Positions 15,846-27,845 of a stretch of 64,000 nt of DNA are shown piece after piece. Position 1 is the stretch's first letter. Each line of letters begins with the position of its first letter. Below the pieces are notes generated by a model. That model made no database searches, had not been told where the DNA came from, and saw only the letters and a program-made list of their open reading frames with translations. Source of the stretch: Eledone cirrhosa (lineage: Eukaryota); contig OZ024760.1 in NCBI GenBank assembly GCA_964016885.1, positions 2,604,001 through 2,668,000 on the forward strand, read 5' to 3'. A program made the position numbers and the translations under genes.

Positions 15846-15929
15846 TAATAATAATGATAATAATAATAATAATAATTGTTTCTACTTTTGGCACAAGGCC
15901 AGCAATTACCCAGTAGATTACTGGTACTT

Positions 15930-16570
15930 TAATAATAATAATAATGAAATTATTGTGTACAGTCCTTAGGTGCACTACAACTCGTCAAAGGTGCATGTAT
16001 AGTACATAGAATAATATACAAATGTCAGGGAAGTGAATAGTGTATGAGTCATGATATACATGTGTGCGTGTGTATGGAGGGGGGATATCAGGTGTAGTGT
16101 TGGCGAATCTCGGGAAGCATGGAGGTTTTAAAGGATGCAGTGTCACGACAGCTAACAACTGATGCAGGGAGTTTGTTCCATGGAGGTTTTAAAGGATGCA
16201 GTGTCTCGACAGCTAACAACTGATACAGGTCGTTTGTTCCATGGAGGTCTTAAAGGATGCAGTGTCTCGACAGCTAACAACCGATGCAGGTAGTTTGTTC
16301 CATGGAGGCCTTAAAGGATGCAGTGTCACGGCAGCTAACAACTGATGCAGGGAGTTTGTTCCATGGAGGTTTTAAAGGATGCAGTGTCACGACAGCTAAC
16401 AACTGATGCAGGGAGTTTGTTCCATGCTTCAGCAACTCTGAGCGTGAAAAAATGTTTCCGAAAGTCATGGGAACTGTGCTGTTTTCTGACTTTGTGGACA
16501 TGTCCACGTGTGTTGGACACATGGAAATCAAAAAGGTACTCAGGGTTGTTGTTGGCAAGATGCTTAATAT
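15930..16570 (-). mobile_element. CR1-type LINE 3' end with 5x61-bp internal expansion
   Basis: NTRGHVHKVRKQHSSHDFRKHFFTLRVAEAWNKLP (TRGH...FF.RV...WN.LP motif); (ATT)n tail; homologous to 24741-25440 and 53533-54105. Confidence 0.85.
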
Positions 16571-17069
16571 CGGAAGAAGATGAAGAAGAACTAAACAAAC
16601 ACACAGACAGTGTATTTCATTAAAAAATATGACCATGTAAAGATTAGAGCTTACCAGTGTGTCACCTTCCTACCTAGAGGACAAAAATTGATTTCTAATC
16701 CTAAAACATCAGAAAATGATTGAAAATTGATCTGATTGCAACATAGTGTAAGATCTATAAACATCAAAGTGTTGGTTTAATGGTCTGGAAAATTTGAATG
16801 GTCTTTGATCTTTACATAATTTTCATTCCTGTCTTTTAATGTTACCATTCTTCAGGAATGGAAAATAATCATACATTTATCAATTGCCGATCAGCTAAAC
16901 ATATTGACTTAGCTAGTAAAAGATGAGAACAGAAGTATTGCTGTTATTAGTATTACTATTATTATTATTGTTGTTATTATTGTTGTTGTTATTCAGCTAC
17001 AGGTTGGCGCTAATCAAATAAAACTGTGAACTCAACATCTCATTTTTATTTATTTATTTATTTGTCAGA

Positions 17070-17905
17070 AATGCACTGGAGTTGATTTAATCGACTTTTC
17101 CCTCCCATAAAAAATTGTTGGTCTTGTGCCTATAATACAAACCATTGCAATATCGGTAGAGGGTCAGACACCATGCTTTGCAGCACAGTTACGTCCCTTT
17201 ATGATCTGAGTTCAAATCCCGCCGAGGTTAACTTTGCCTTTCATCCTTACAGGGTCGATAAAATAAAGTACTAGTAATGTACGGAGATAATTGCTGGCCT
17301 TGTGCCAAAAGTAGAAACAATTATTATGCAATAACAATGATGTAACAAGGATGGTGGATTGGCAATATGGGTAGTGCGCCAGACACCATGCTTTGCAGCA
17401 TAGAGTTACGGCCCTTTACGTTCTGGGTTCAAATCCGAATGAGGTCAGCTTTGCCTTTCATCCTTACAGGGTGTCAAATTTTTAAATACTCTTATTGTGA
17501 TCAGGTTTTCAATAGGGCGGTGGATTGGCAGTTCGGTAGAGGGTCAGACGCGATGCTTTGCAGCATAGAGTTACGGCCCTATGCGTTCTGGGGTCAGATC
17601 CCCCCAAGGTTAACTTTGCCTTTCAACTTTACGGGGTCAATAAAATAAAGTACCAGTAATACACTGGGGTCATTGCTGGCCTTGTAAAAAGATAAACAAT
17701 TATTAAGCAATAACAATGTGTAACAAGGGCACTGGATTGGCAATATCGGTAGAGCATCAGACACAATGTTTTTCAGCATAGAGTTATGGCCCTTTACGTT
17801 CTGAGTTCAGATCCTGCCGAGGATAACTTTACAGGGTCAATAAAATAAAGCACCAGTAATACACTGGGGTAATTACTGGCCTTATGCCAAAAGTAAAACA
17901 ATTAT
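17070..17905 (+). mobile_element. Cluster of about 5 family-A SINE copies or fragments
   Basis: Repeated TGGCARTATCGGTAGAG...GTTCAAATCC...CCTTTCATCCTTAC...AGTACCAG...GGCCTTGTGCC. Confidence 0.85.
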
Positions 17906-18715
17906 TAAGCAATAACAATAACTTCCATACTTTCATTCAATTTCGAAAAACAAAAAAAAGATCACTTATTTATTAATTCATATAAAAATATTCTTGTAGC
18001 ATGTTTTCTTCTCTTATTTTATTTTTGATTAAATATTCAGAAACTTAAAAGAAATTTTCATTTCATTTTATTTCAAAATGCTTCTATTGTAGTCAAATTT
18101 AAAATACTCTTATTGTGATCAGATTTTCAAATAATTATCTGAAGACTTTATAGTTTTTGACAATTTTTCCTATTCTTTTAATCTTCAAAGAAATTTTATT
18201 TTTCCTTCCGAGTTTCCTGTCATAGTTTTACAATATGCCATTATTCTAACATTCTTCAAAAATTCTATCTAGATTTCAAATATCAAAAATCAAATAATTT
18301 CTTTTTTATTTTTATTTATTTTAAGTTAATTTTTATTCTTCTCATTACTATTTTTTAAAATTTTTGTACCATAAATTTTCATGAAGTGAAATAAAGGAAT
18401 TGGTTAAGATATTTCATGGACATTCATTATAATATACCATATTTCCCGGTGACAAAGGTGCTTTGTCCTCGAGTACACACCCTAATTTTGACATCCAAAA
18501 ATTTGAAAATAAATAATAAACAACCTCCAGGACGCATGGTAGATTTTTTGAGATTTATTTTATTCAAGAGTGTTGATATAAAATAGTATGTTGAAAGATA
18601 TATTGTTATACTTTAGGAGTGTCGTTTTACCAATACAAACACATGTACCAGTTGGGTTTCACTGCTATCTTAATATTAGTTAGGTAACTAGTCAATTCAA
18701 TGGTTTGGTTAATAA

Positions 18716-19200
18716 CTGGTATGGTATGGAATGGTGTGGTGTGGTATTGAATGGTGTGGGGTGCTATGGAATGGTGTGGGGTGGTATGATATGGAGTAGT
18801 GTGGTATGGAATGGTGTGGTATGGTGTGGTGTGGTATGGTATGGTGTGGTGTGGTATGGTATGGTGTGGTGTGGTGTGGTGTGGTATGATGTGGTATGGC
18901 ATGGTATGGCATGGAATGGTGTGGTGTGGAATGGGATGGTGTGGTATGGTGTAGTATGATATGGTATGGTATGGTGTGGTATGGTGTGGTGTGGTATGGT
19001 GTGGTATGGTGTGGTGTGGTGTGGTATGGTACGGTATAGTGTTTTATGGCATGGAATGATGTGGTATGGTACAGTATGGTGTGGTATGGTATGGAATGGT
19101 GTGGTATGGTGTAGTATGGAATGGTGTGGTATGGTGTAGTATGGAATGGAATGGTGTAGTGTAGTATGGAATGGTGTGGTATGGTGTGGTATGGTGTGGT
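18716..19200. repeat. (TGGTG/TGGTA/TGGAA)n pentanucleotide tract
   Basis: Directly visible pentamer periodicity. Confidence 0.95.
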
Positions 19201-19239
19201 ACTAATGCTAAATACTACGAGGTTGTATAATAATACACT

Positions 19240-20212
19240 GTTGGAAAGGTCAGCTGTATGATGCCTGTGTGCAAAGTGCAATGTTGCATGGCAGTGAATG
19301 CAGAGGATATACAAAGGCTAGAGAGAAATACAGCAATAGATGCGGAATGTTAAAGCGCATGAATAACAAAGCATGGATGAGACAAATTGGCAAGAATATG
19401 GAGGAGCAACATCAGTTTTGGGACCAAGTGCAGATTGTACAAATTGCTGATAGTCTCCGTCCTCCTATATGGCTGTGGGAGCTGGATACTTTTGGCAGAA
19501 ACAAAGAGAAGGATCCAGGCATTTGAGGACAAATACATGAAAAAACTCCTTTGTATTTTCTATTGGGAATATAAAACTAATGAATACGTGTGGAGTTAGG
19601 TAAAAGTTTAGTGGGTCAAAAGGAACCTCTCCTTGCCACTGTCAAGAGGAGGAAACTGGCATGGTTTGACCACGTCACGTGACATGATAGCCTGGGCAAG
19701 ACCATCATGCAAGGCACCATTGAAGGTGGACACAGGAGGGGACGCCAATGCAAAAACTGGTTTGACAATGTCAAAGAATGGACGCAAATGACGACACCAG
19801 ATTTTTGACGGCCGCCGTTGATAGACTATTTTGAATATATGCTGCTTCTACAGTAGGATCCCCCAATGACTACAGAAGTCAAGACACTGATGATGATGAT
19901 GATGAGCTAAAAGCTGGGTATAATTGGAATCAGAATTAGTGTACAGGATAGAAGACTGTGATGGTATGGATATGTAATATGCATGGTTGATGACTGTTGG
20001 GTGAAGGTGTGCTAAGATATCCCAGTGGAAGGCAGCCACGGCAGAGGGAGGCCAAGAAAGATTTGGACAGAGGTTGTGAAAGCTGATGTCAAATCAATGA
20101 AACTCGCAGAAGAGATGATGGAAGACCGCAATGAGTGGAAGGATGCTGTGTTGAACAAGACCCGTCCAACCCATAGGAGATGGAAAAATGAATTTAAAAC
20201 CATGATGATGAT
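19240..20212 (+). mobile_element. Decayed RTE LINE 3' fragment interrupted by a second RTE element
   Basis: KGQLYDACVQSAMLHGSE at ~19245-19298 resumes at ~19905 and reaches EGSHGRGRPRKIWTEVVKAD; ends CCCGTCCAACCCAT...GATGATGAT. Confidence 0.7.
19300..19903 (+). mobile_element. RTE (BovB-like subgroup) LINE 3' end
   Basis: RIWRSNISFGTKCRLYKLLIVSVLLYGCGSW...RRIQAFE...KLAWFDHV...KTIMQGTIEGGHRRGRQCKNW with in-frame stops; (TGA)n tail at ~19888-19903. Confidence 0.8.
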
Positions 20213-21038
20213 TGTAACAATTCTGCAAAACCACCACAAGCACAGCCACCAAGGTAAGCTCAAAATATTATATAGTTTTGCTTTCATTAATTTTTTTTTT
20301 TTTTTTTGCTTTCTGTTTAAGAAATTTCAGTGTTTTAAAGAATTTCATTATTTTCAATGAAGTATATGTTCAATATTTCAACAAGGCCATAATTTAATGA
20401 TCGCAGCAGAAAATCACATGACCCCTTGAGGAATTTGAATTAACTAACATAATGGGTGTTTACTATTTAAATCAGTGAAAACGGAAAATCAGTAAAAATG
20501 AAAATAAAATATTTAAGGAATAATGGTACAGCATTGATTCCTAATTCTTGCTTTTAATAATGTAATAATAATAGAATTAAGTATAATAAAATAACCAATA
20601 TTCTGGAATCATTTAAGTTAAGGAATTCTTCATTTTCTTCTAAAATGGTTGCTAATTAGTTTAGAGTTTATTGGAATTAATATTTAATTGCTTTTTTGTT
20701 CTCATTACTTTGAGAAATTTTCAAACCACCTTCTTGCCTGGCCTCATAGACATTATTTTAATTTGATTGTCAAAAACTGAAGGTTACAGCATTTGCTTTG
20801 TAATTCGAAAGGTTAAGCATTGGACATGTTAAATAACTAACTTCCATGTCCTGAAGGAGATACAAGATTAAGTTAAAATGTCATAGCTATATATATATAT
20901 ACACATATATGTAGGAGGTGAGTTTTATTGTAGTACAATAAAGCAATGCAGATATCGGATAAGAAGCACTCTACAGTTTGTAGGACTGGAGTATACATAA
21001 TATATAAGAACAAAAGATGGTTAAAAGAGTTCCATGTA

Positions 21039-21104
21039 TTTTATTATGCGCATTTCAAAAACAAACATCATCATGCAATAATATTTGTGTTTTCATCAGA
21101 TAAA
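21039..21104 (-). ncRNA. Minimal type I hammerhead ribozyme motif
   Basis: TTTAT-CTGATGA-AAACACAAATATT...GATGTTTGTTTTT-GAAA-TGCGCA-TA-ATAAA on the minus strand. Confidence 0.75.
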
Positions 21105-21229
21105 TGATATGAAGACATGATATGAAGGTTAAAAAACACTTGTGGATAGTGCAGTTTTAAATCAACATATGTTGATTTAAAACTGCACTATCCACAAGTG
21201 TTTTTTAACCTTCATATCATGTCTTCCTA

Positions 21230-21296
21230 TTTTATCTGATGAAAACACAAATCTTATTGCATGATGATGTTTGTTCTTGAAATGCGCATAATAAAA
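21230..21296 (+). ncRNA. Minimal type I hammerhead ribozyme motif
   Basis: Stem I TTTTAT/ATAAAA, CTGATGA 21236-21242, imperfect stem II, GAAA 21279-21282, palindromic stem III ATGCGCAT, predicted AUA cleavage triplet. Confidence 0.75.
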
Positions 21297-21539
21297 TACA
21301 TGGAACTCTTTTAACCATCTTTTGTTCTTATATATTATATACACATATATATATATATATCCAGTGGGTGTAACGTGAAATTACTGTAGGTCCACCAATC
21401 AATAAACGTAATGAAGGCTTAATAAATCGTCCTTGTATTATATGTATATATCACTGGCGCCACTGTATACTCTGTTGATTTAATGATAATTCTACTAAAT
21501 ACTAAATCTTGCCAACTTTGGTAAAAATGAAAAATAATA

Positions 21540-22915
21540 ATAATTGTTTCTAATTTTGGCACAAGGTCAGCAATTATCTCAGTGCATTACAGGGAACACA
21601 CTGCCATAATTTCTGGCCTTGTGCCAAAAGTAGAAACAATTATCATTAAAAATAATTGTTTCTACTTTTGGCACAAGGCCGGCAATTACCCAGTACATGA
21701 CTGGTACTTTATTCTATTGACCCTGTAAGGATGAAAGGCAAAGTTAACCTCGGCGGGATTTGAACTCAGACAATAAAGGGACGTAACTGTGCTGCAAAGC
21801 ATGGCGTCTGACCCTCTACCGATATTGCAATGGTTTGTATTATAGGCACAAGACCAACCATTTTTTATGGGAGGGAAAACTCGATTAAATCAACCCCAGT
21901 GTATTACTGGTGCTTTATTTTATTATCTACCCCATAAGGGTGAAAGGCAAAGCTAACCTCGGCGTGATTTAAACTCAGAACGTAAAGGGCCATAACTATG
22001 CTGCAAAGCATGTTGTCTGACACTCTACCAATACTGCCAATCCATCACTCTTCCAATAATAATAATAATCGTTTCTTATATAGGCACAAGACCAGTAATT
22101 TGGGGGGAGGGGAAAGTCGATTAAATTGACCCCAGTGCATGACTGGTACTTTATTTTATTGACTCCGTAAGGATGAAAGGCAAAGTTAACCTCGGCAGGA
22201 TTTGAACTCAGAATGGCAAGGGCCGTAACTCTATGCATCAAAGCATGGAGTCCGACCCACTACTGATACTGCCAATCCACCGCCCTTACTACTAATAATA
22301 ATAATGATTTCTACTATAGGCACAAGGCCAGCAATTGGGGGGGGGGGGGAGATTAAATTGACCCCAGTGCATGTTGGTCGACACTCTAGCAATACTGTCA
22401 ATCCAACACCCTTCTAATAATAATTGTTTCTACTTTAGGCACAAGGCCAGCAATTCACCAGTGCATTACTGGTACTTTATTCTATCGACCCCATAAGGAT
22501 AAAAGGCAAAGTCAACCTCGGCGGGATTTGAACTCAGATCGTAAAGGGACGTAACTCTATGCTGGAAAGCATGGCGTCCGACCCTCTACCGATACTGCCA
22601 ATCCACCGCCCAATAATAATGGTTTCTTCTAATAATAATGGTTTCTTCTAATAATAATGGTTTCTTCTAATAATAATGGTTTCTTCTAATAATAATGGTT
22701 TCTTATATAGGCATAAGGCCAGTAATTTGGGGGGGGGGGGAGGGAAAGTCGATTAAATCAACCCCAGTGCGTGACTGGTACTTTATTTTATCGACCCCGT
22801 AAGGATGAAAGGCAAAGTTAACCTCGGCGAGATTTGAGCTCAGACCATAAAGGGCCGTAACTCTTTGCTGCAAAGCATGGCGTCCGATCCGCTACTGATA
22901 CTGCCAATCCACCAT
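21540..22915 (-). mobile_element. Head-to-tail cluster of about 8 family-A SINE copies or fragments
   Basis: Repeated GGCACAAGGCCAG...CTGGTACTTTATT...AAGGATGAAAGGCAAAGTTAACCTCGGC...TTTGAACTCAG...TACTGCCAATCCACC separated by (AAT)n; 19-bp AATAATAATGGTTTCTTCT repeat at ~22612-22705. Confidence 0.9.
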
Positions 22916-23637
22916 AATGATAATAATAATGGTTATATAATAATAGCTAAATGAAATATCATTGGTCAGATTTAATTATAGGCTTTAGCTAGAAGATATT
23001 CTATTTACTGGAAGTCATTTGGACAATCAATACAAGTTATCTGATTATAGCAATTAATGGCTGCTAATATATCTTTCTATCAGACACATATACATGGTAT
23101 AACAGGTAAATTGGAATCATTTATATATCCTTATTATAATTGGTATAACTAGGAAAAATCTAACACTGCAAATTTTGTGTTTATGCCAATTTACCGTGGA
23201 GTGTTTAGCACTTGTTTAGTTGAATGTGGCTGCCATTTGCTTTCTATACCAGTTCAATCTGTTTACGAAATGATGCACATGCCTTAACTATTTCTTCCTT
23301 TTTCAGTTTACTGCATGCTTGCTTGATTGAAGTCTTCAGTGATGACACGCAGTTGCGAGACGTGGCATTGGGCATAGCTTCAACCACACCTCATAGCCAG
23401 GATGTCGCCACAAGAGACAAAAACCAAAAACCACATTCTAAAGAATAGTCACAAAAGAACCAAATGCAAAAGTCACCGCAATTCAGCAAAATGCCAATTA
23501 TAGAAACATTTGGGCAGCTTTTATTTTATCTCCCTCATGACATTATGACATTATTTTAATATGGTTTATGTATGTGCACATATTTCTGTGTGTCTATTGT
23601 TTCATTTGAAATAATAAATATTGATTGCTTGATTGAT

Positions 23638-23691
<54 letters not shown>

Positions 23692-23694
<3 letters not shown>

Positions 23695-24730
23695 GTGCTC
23701 TGAAAGTACAGTAGCTAGAGTCAGAACTGGATGGAAAAAGTTCAGAGAGCTTATACCACTATTAGCCGCTAGAGGGTTCTCCCTAAAAATGAAAGGCAGG
23801 TTATACGATGCCTGCATACGAACAGCAATGCTGCATGGCAGTGAGACCTGGCCATTGGGTGCAGAGGATATACGCAGACTAGAGAGGAACGAAGCTTGCA
23901 TGTTCCGCTGGATGTGCAATAGTAATATACGTGAACGGCAAAGCATAAACGAACTAAGGAAAAAATTAGAAATAAGAGGGATCAGATGTTGTTTACTCGA
24001 GAGAAGGCTACGTTGGTACGGTCACGTGATGCGCATGAAAGACGACAGCTGTATAACAAAGTGCAGGGCAATAAAGATAGACGGTAGCCACGGAGTAGGC
24101 AGACCCAGAAAAACATGGGACGAGCTGATAAATTCCGACCTCACACGCTTACACCTCTCCAAGACAATGTCACTGGACCGAGGCCTTTGGCGGTATTCAG
24201 TAATAGAGAAGACCCGCCTTACCTAAATACAAAGTAAAAACCTACTACAGTCAGTTGGCATCTTTATCAAAACACACCCCCGTCCCACCACCTCCACCCC
24301 ACCCACACCGCCCCTTTCAATGTAAAGTTATGTTGGTCCCACAACATCGAGGCCGAAACAAATGAGATCGTGTAGGTGTCACGACAAAAAACACACAGTT
24401 CACGCTGTAAATGTGGCCGTGTAGGCAACACGGTAAAAACCTCCCAGCCCCACACTGTAAATGTGGTTGGTGTTAGGAAGGGCATCCAGCTGTAGAAAAC
24501 CCGCCAGACAGTCCACGCTGTAATGTGGCCGTGTAGGCAACACGGTAAAAACCTCCCAGCCCCACACTGTAAATGTGGTTGGTGTTAGGAAGGGCATCCA
24601 ACTGTAGAAAACCCGCCAGACAGTCCTATGCGAGCAAGACAACCACTGTTGCCTCAAGTGGGAAAACCCCCGTCCAAACCCATGCAAGCGTGGAACACGG
24701 ACGCTAAACCTGATGATGATGATGATGATG
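23692..24730 (+). mobile_element. 5'-truncated RTE LINE: ORF C-terminus plus 3' UTR
   Basis: Open frame to 24226: ARVRTGWKKFREL...KGRLYDACIRTAMLHGSETW...RLRWYGHVMRM...GRPRKTW. UTR has a ~112-bp internal duplication and ends AACCCATGCAAGCGTGGA...(GAT)n. Confidence 0.9.
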
Positions 24731-24740
24731 ATATATATAT

Positions 24741-25440
24741 ATGGATTCATTGAAGCTCCGGCATCCGGCAATGGACTTGGTAAACACCCACAAAGTTATT
24801 AACCATCTTGCCAACAACAATCCTGAGCACCTTTTTGATCTCCATGTGTCTAACACACGTGGACATGCCTACAAAGTCAGAAAACAGCACAGTTCCCATG
24901 ACTTTCGGAAACATTTTTTCACGCTCAGAGTTGCTGAAGCATGGAACTAACTGCCTGCGTCAGTTGTTAGCTGTCGAGACACTGCATCCTTTACAACCCC
25001 CATGGAACAAACTGCCTGCGTCAGTTGTTAGCTGCCGAGACACTGCATCCTTTACAACCCCCATGGAACAAACTGCCTGCGTCAGTTGTTAGCTGCCGAG
25101 ACACTGCATCCTTTACAACCTCCATGGAACAAACTGCCTGCGTCAGTTGTTAGCTGCCGAGACACTGCATCCTTTACAACCTCCATGGAACAAACTGCCT
25201 GTGTCAGTTGTTAGCTGCTGAGACACTGCATCCTTTAAAACCCTCAATCTTCCCGAAATTCGCCAAAACTACACCTGATGTACCCCTTCCATACACATGC
25301 ACACATGTGTATATCATGACTCATGCACTGTTCATTTTCCTGACGTTTGTACATTACCCTACGTACTATACATAGACTTTTGATGAGTTGTAGTGCACCT
25401 GAGCATGGTACACAATATTTTCATTATTATTATTATTATT
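24741..25440 (+). mobile_element. CR1-type LINE 3' end with 5x61-bp internal expansion
   Basis: DLVNTHKVINHLANNNPEHLFDLHVSNTRGHAYKVRKQHSSHDFRKHFFTLRVAEAWN; (ATT)n tail. Confidence 0.85.
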
Positions 25441-25612
25441 ATATATATATCTTCTGCCTGGATTTGTGACCAACAGATAGTATTAGCAATTGGAAAGATC
25501 AATGGTATCATTGTTTCTTTCGTCTGATTTGACGAGCTCCACCTCACTCGTTAACCGAATGAGGTCTGGGATCTGTTGATCAACTGTCGATATATATATA
25601 TATATATATATG

Positions 25613-25806
25613 TAGGAACAAGTAAGACCCCGACGGCTGAGCTCAAGCCATTTCGACGGCTAATTCTGGACTGAATTAGCCGTCGAAACGGCTTGAGCTC
25701 AGCCGTCGGGGTCTTACTTGTTCCTATTACCCACTCTACTACCCTAAGTATTGAGTACATTGGTGCGTTATGGTCAACCTGGTTCCTTACCACATTTCCT
25801 TCATTA
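25613..25806. mobile_element. Fold-back element family P4 between TA tracts
   Basis: 54-bp arms 25613-25666 and 25673-25726 (one mismatch), 6-nt loop, ~80-bp tail; homologous to 47750-47992; contains CGAAACGGCTT, resembling a hammerhead 3' half. Confidence 0.65.
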
Positions 25807-26000
25807 TATATATATGTATATATATATGTGTGTGTGTGTAAACTTCTTCGACTTACAGTTCAACAGGAATCTTCATAATCTTTTCAATTCTTAATTACTA
25901 TTTCTAATCTGTTATCAGCTTGAGTTGAGATTACCGAAGGCAGATTAATTTCAAGATATCAACTAATATATCACAGAATGATATTGTAATATTAGCAGGA

Positions 26001-27140
26001 CATCATCATCATCATCATTATATCCATTTGTCCACACTTGCATGGGTTGAATTTTACCATTCCAGCAGAACATCTCTCCATTTGACGCGTTTCTTCCTCA
26101 TCTCAGCGATTTTGCAATCAACTCTTACCACCTCCACCCAGGTCATTCTAGGTCTAACTCTACTGTGGTTTCCTTCCACTGGGATTTCTAGGCCCTTCTT
26201 TACCCAGCGATCATCATCCGTGTGAATCACATGTGTGTACTAATGCAAGCTTCTCTCTTGAACATCACTTCAGATTCCTCTTAAACCCAGTTTATCGTTC
26301 AGCTTGTCCAAGCTCTGCCTTTCTCTCAAATTTAAATAACACTTTTCTAACAAAGCATGGTTTCTTCATTTCTCTCCAGTCTGTGCATGTCTTCTACAGT
26401 CACAGCCCATGTTTCACTACCATGTAGCACCACATGTCTTCTACACTTACAGCCCATGTTTCACTACCATGTAGCACCACATGTCTTCTACAGTTACAGG
26501 CTTATGTTTCACTACCATGTAGCACCACATGTTTTCTACAGTCACAGCCTATGTTTCACTACCATGTAGTACCACATGTCTTCTACAGATACAGCCCATG
26601 TTTCACTACCATGTAGCACCACATGTCTTCTACAGTTACAGCCCATGTTTCACTACCATGTAGCACCACATGTCTTCTACAGTTACAGCCCATGTTTCAC
26701 TACCATGTAGCACCACATGTCTTCTACAGTCACAGCCCATGTTTCACTACCATGTAGCACCACATGTCTTCTACAGTCACAGCCCATGTTTCACTACCAT
26801 GTAGCACCACATGTCTTCTACAGTCACAGCCCATGTTTCACTACCATGTAGCACCACATGTCTTCTACAGTCACAGCCCATGTTTCACTACCATGTAGCA
26901 CCACATGTCTTCTACAGTCACAGCCCATGTTTCACTACCATGCAGTATCACACTTCACATACAGGCATCACACAGCCATCCTTTTGTACGTAGGGAGAAA
27001 CCTTTTGCAGTAGCTCTCTAAACGTCTTCCACCCTAACCTTATTCTAGCCACTATGCTCTGGAAGCACCCTCTTCCACTGCTAATTAAGCTACCTAGAGA
27101 TAGCAGAAGCTATCAACCACGTCTATGGATCCTTCTTCAC
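26001..27140 (-). mobile_element. Decayed RTE LINE 3' fragment containing a 47-bp minisatellite
   Basis: Minus strand reads VVDSFCYL...ARIRLGWKTFRELL...VLHGSETWAVTVEDM; (GAT)n tail at 26001-26017. Confidence 0.8.
26386..26945. repeat. 47-bp minisatellite, about 12 copies
   Basis: Unit CATGTCTTCTACAGTCACAGCCCATGTTTCACTACCATGTAGCACCA. Confidence 0.95.
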
Positions 27141-27845
27141 TGTTAGTATAGATAGAGCATCAGATGCCATGCTTTAGAGCATAGTTATGGCCCTTTATGG
27201 TCTGAGTTCAAATCCCGCCGAGGTTAACTTTGCCTTTCATCCTTACGGGGGTCGATAAAATACAGTACCAGTAATGCACTGGGATAATTGCTGGCCTTGT
27301 GCCAAAAGTAGAAACAATTATTATGATTACTTTTACAATATCGTTGATTTGATGTATTATTTTTCCCCTTTTTATATTTTAGGTCTCTCTCTCTCTCTTT
27401 CTCTCTCTCTTTGTGATTTGAAGGAGCTTTAGCTGTTGTTTCTTGTACAGCAGTTTAAACGACCAATTAGAAGATCTTTCGCTCTCCCCTCTCTCAAGCA
27501 CCCACTCTCTCACTTCATATTTCTCTATATCTCTCTCCCCAGCTGTCTGTCATCCTCTCTCTCTCTCTCTCATGCACTCACTCTCACTATCTCTCTCATG
27601 CACTCACTCCATCTCTCTCTCTCTCATGCACTCACTCCATTTCTCTCTCATGCACTCATGTATTTTTGAAGAATGTCTTGCTAATGAGGTTTCATGTGGT
27701 ACAGGATGTTACAGAATGAGTTGCCAGTTACAGCTGGTTTGAACAGAAAGAAGTGAGAGAGTTGTGGGCGGATGTGGCCGGTTTAAATGCCAAAGGGTTA
27801 AGTTGTGTTTCAAATACAATCTTAATAATGAAATAATAAACATTA

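Larger units (their letters stand above)
20913..21340. mobile_element. Fold-back Penelope-like pLTR element (family P1), loop-less palindrome
   Basis: Arms 20997-21168 and 21169-21338 centred on AACAT|ATGTT; ~80-bp one-sided extension 20913-20996; TA-rich tracts on both sides; a hammerhead motif in each arm. Confidence 0.75.

Noticed and set aside
18432-18640. Possible pogo/mariner-like MITE starting TATACCATATTTCCCGG
   Set aside because: No convincing matching right terminal inverted repeat.
23224-23448. 74-aa ORF behind a good splice acceptor
   Set aside because: No recognisable domain and no linked coding exons; not supportable as a CDS.
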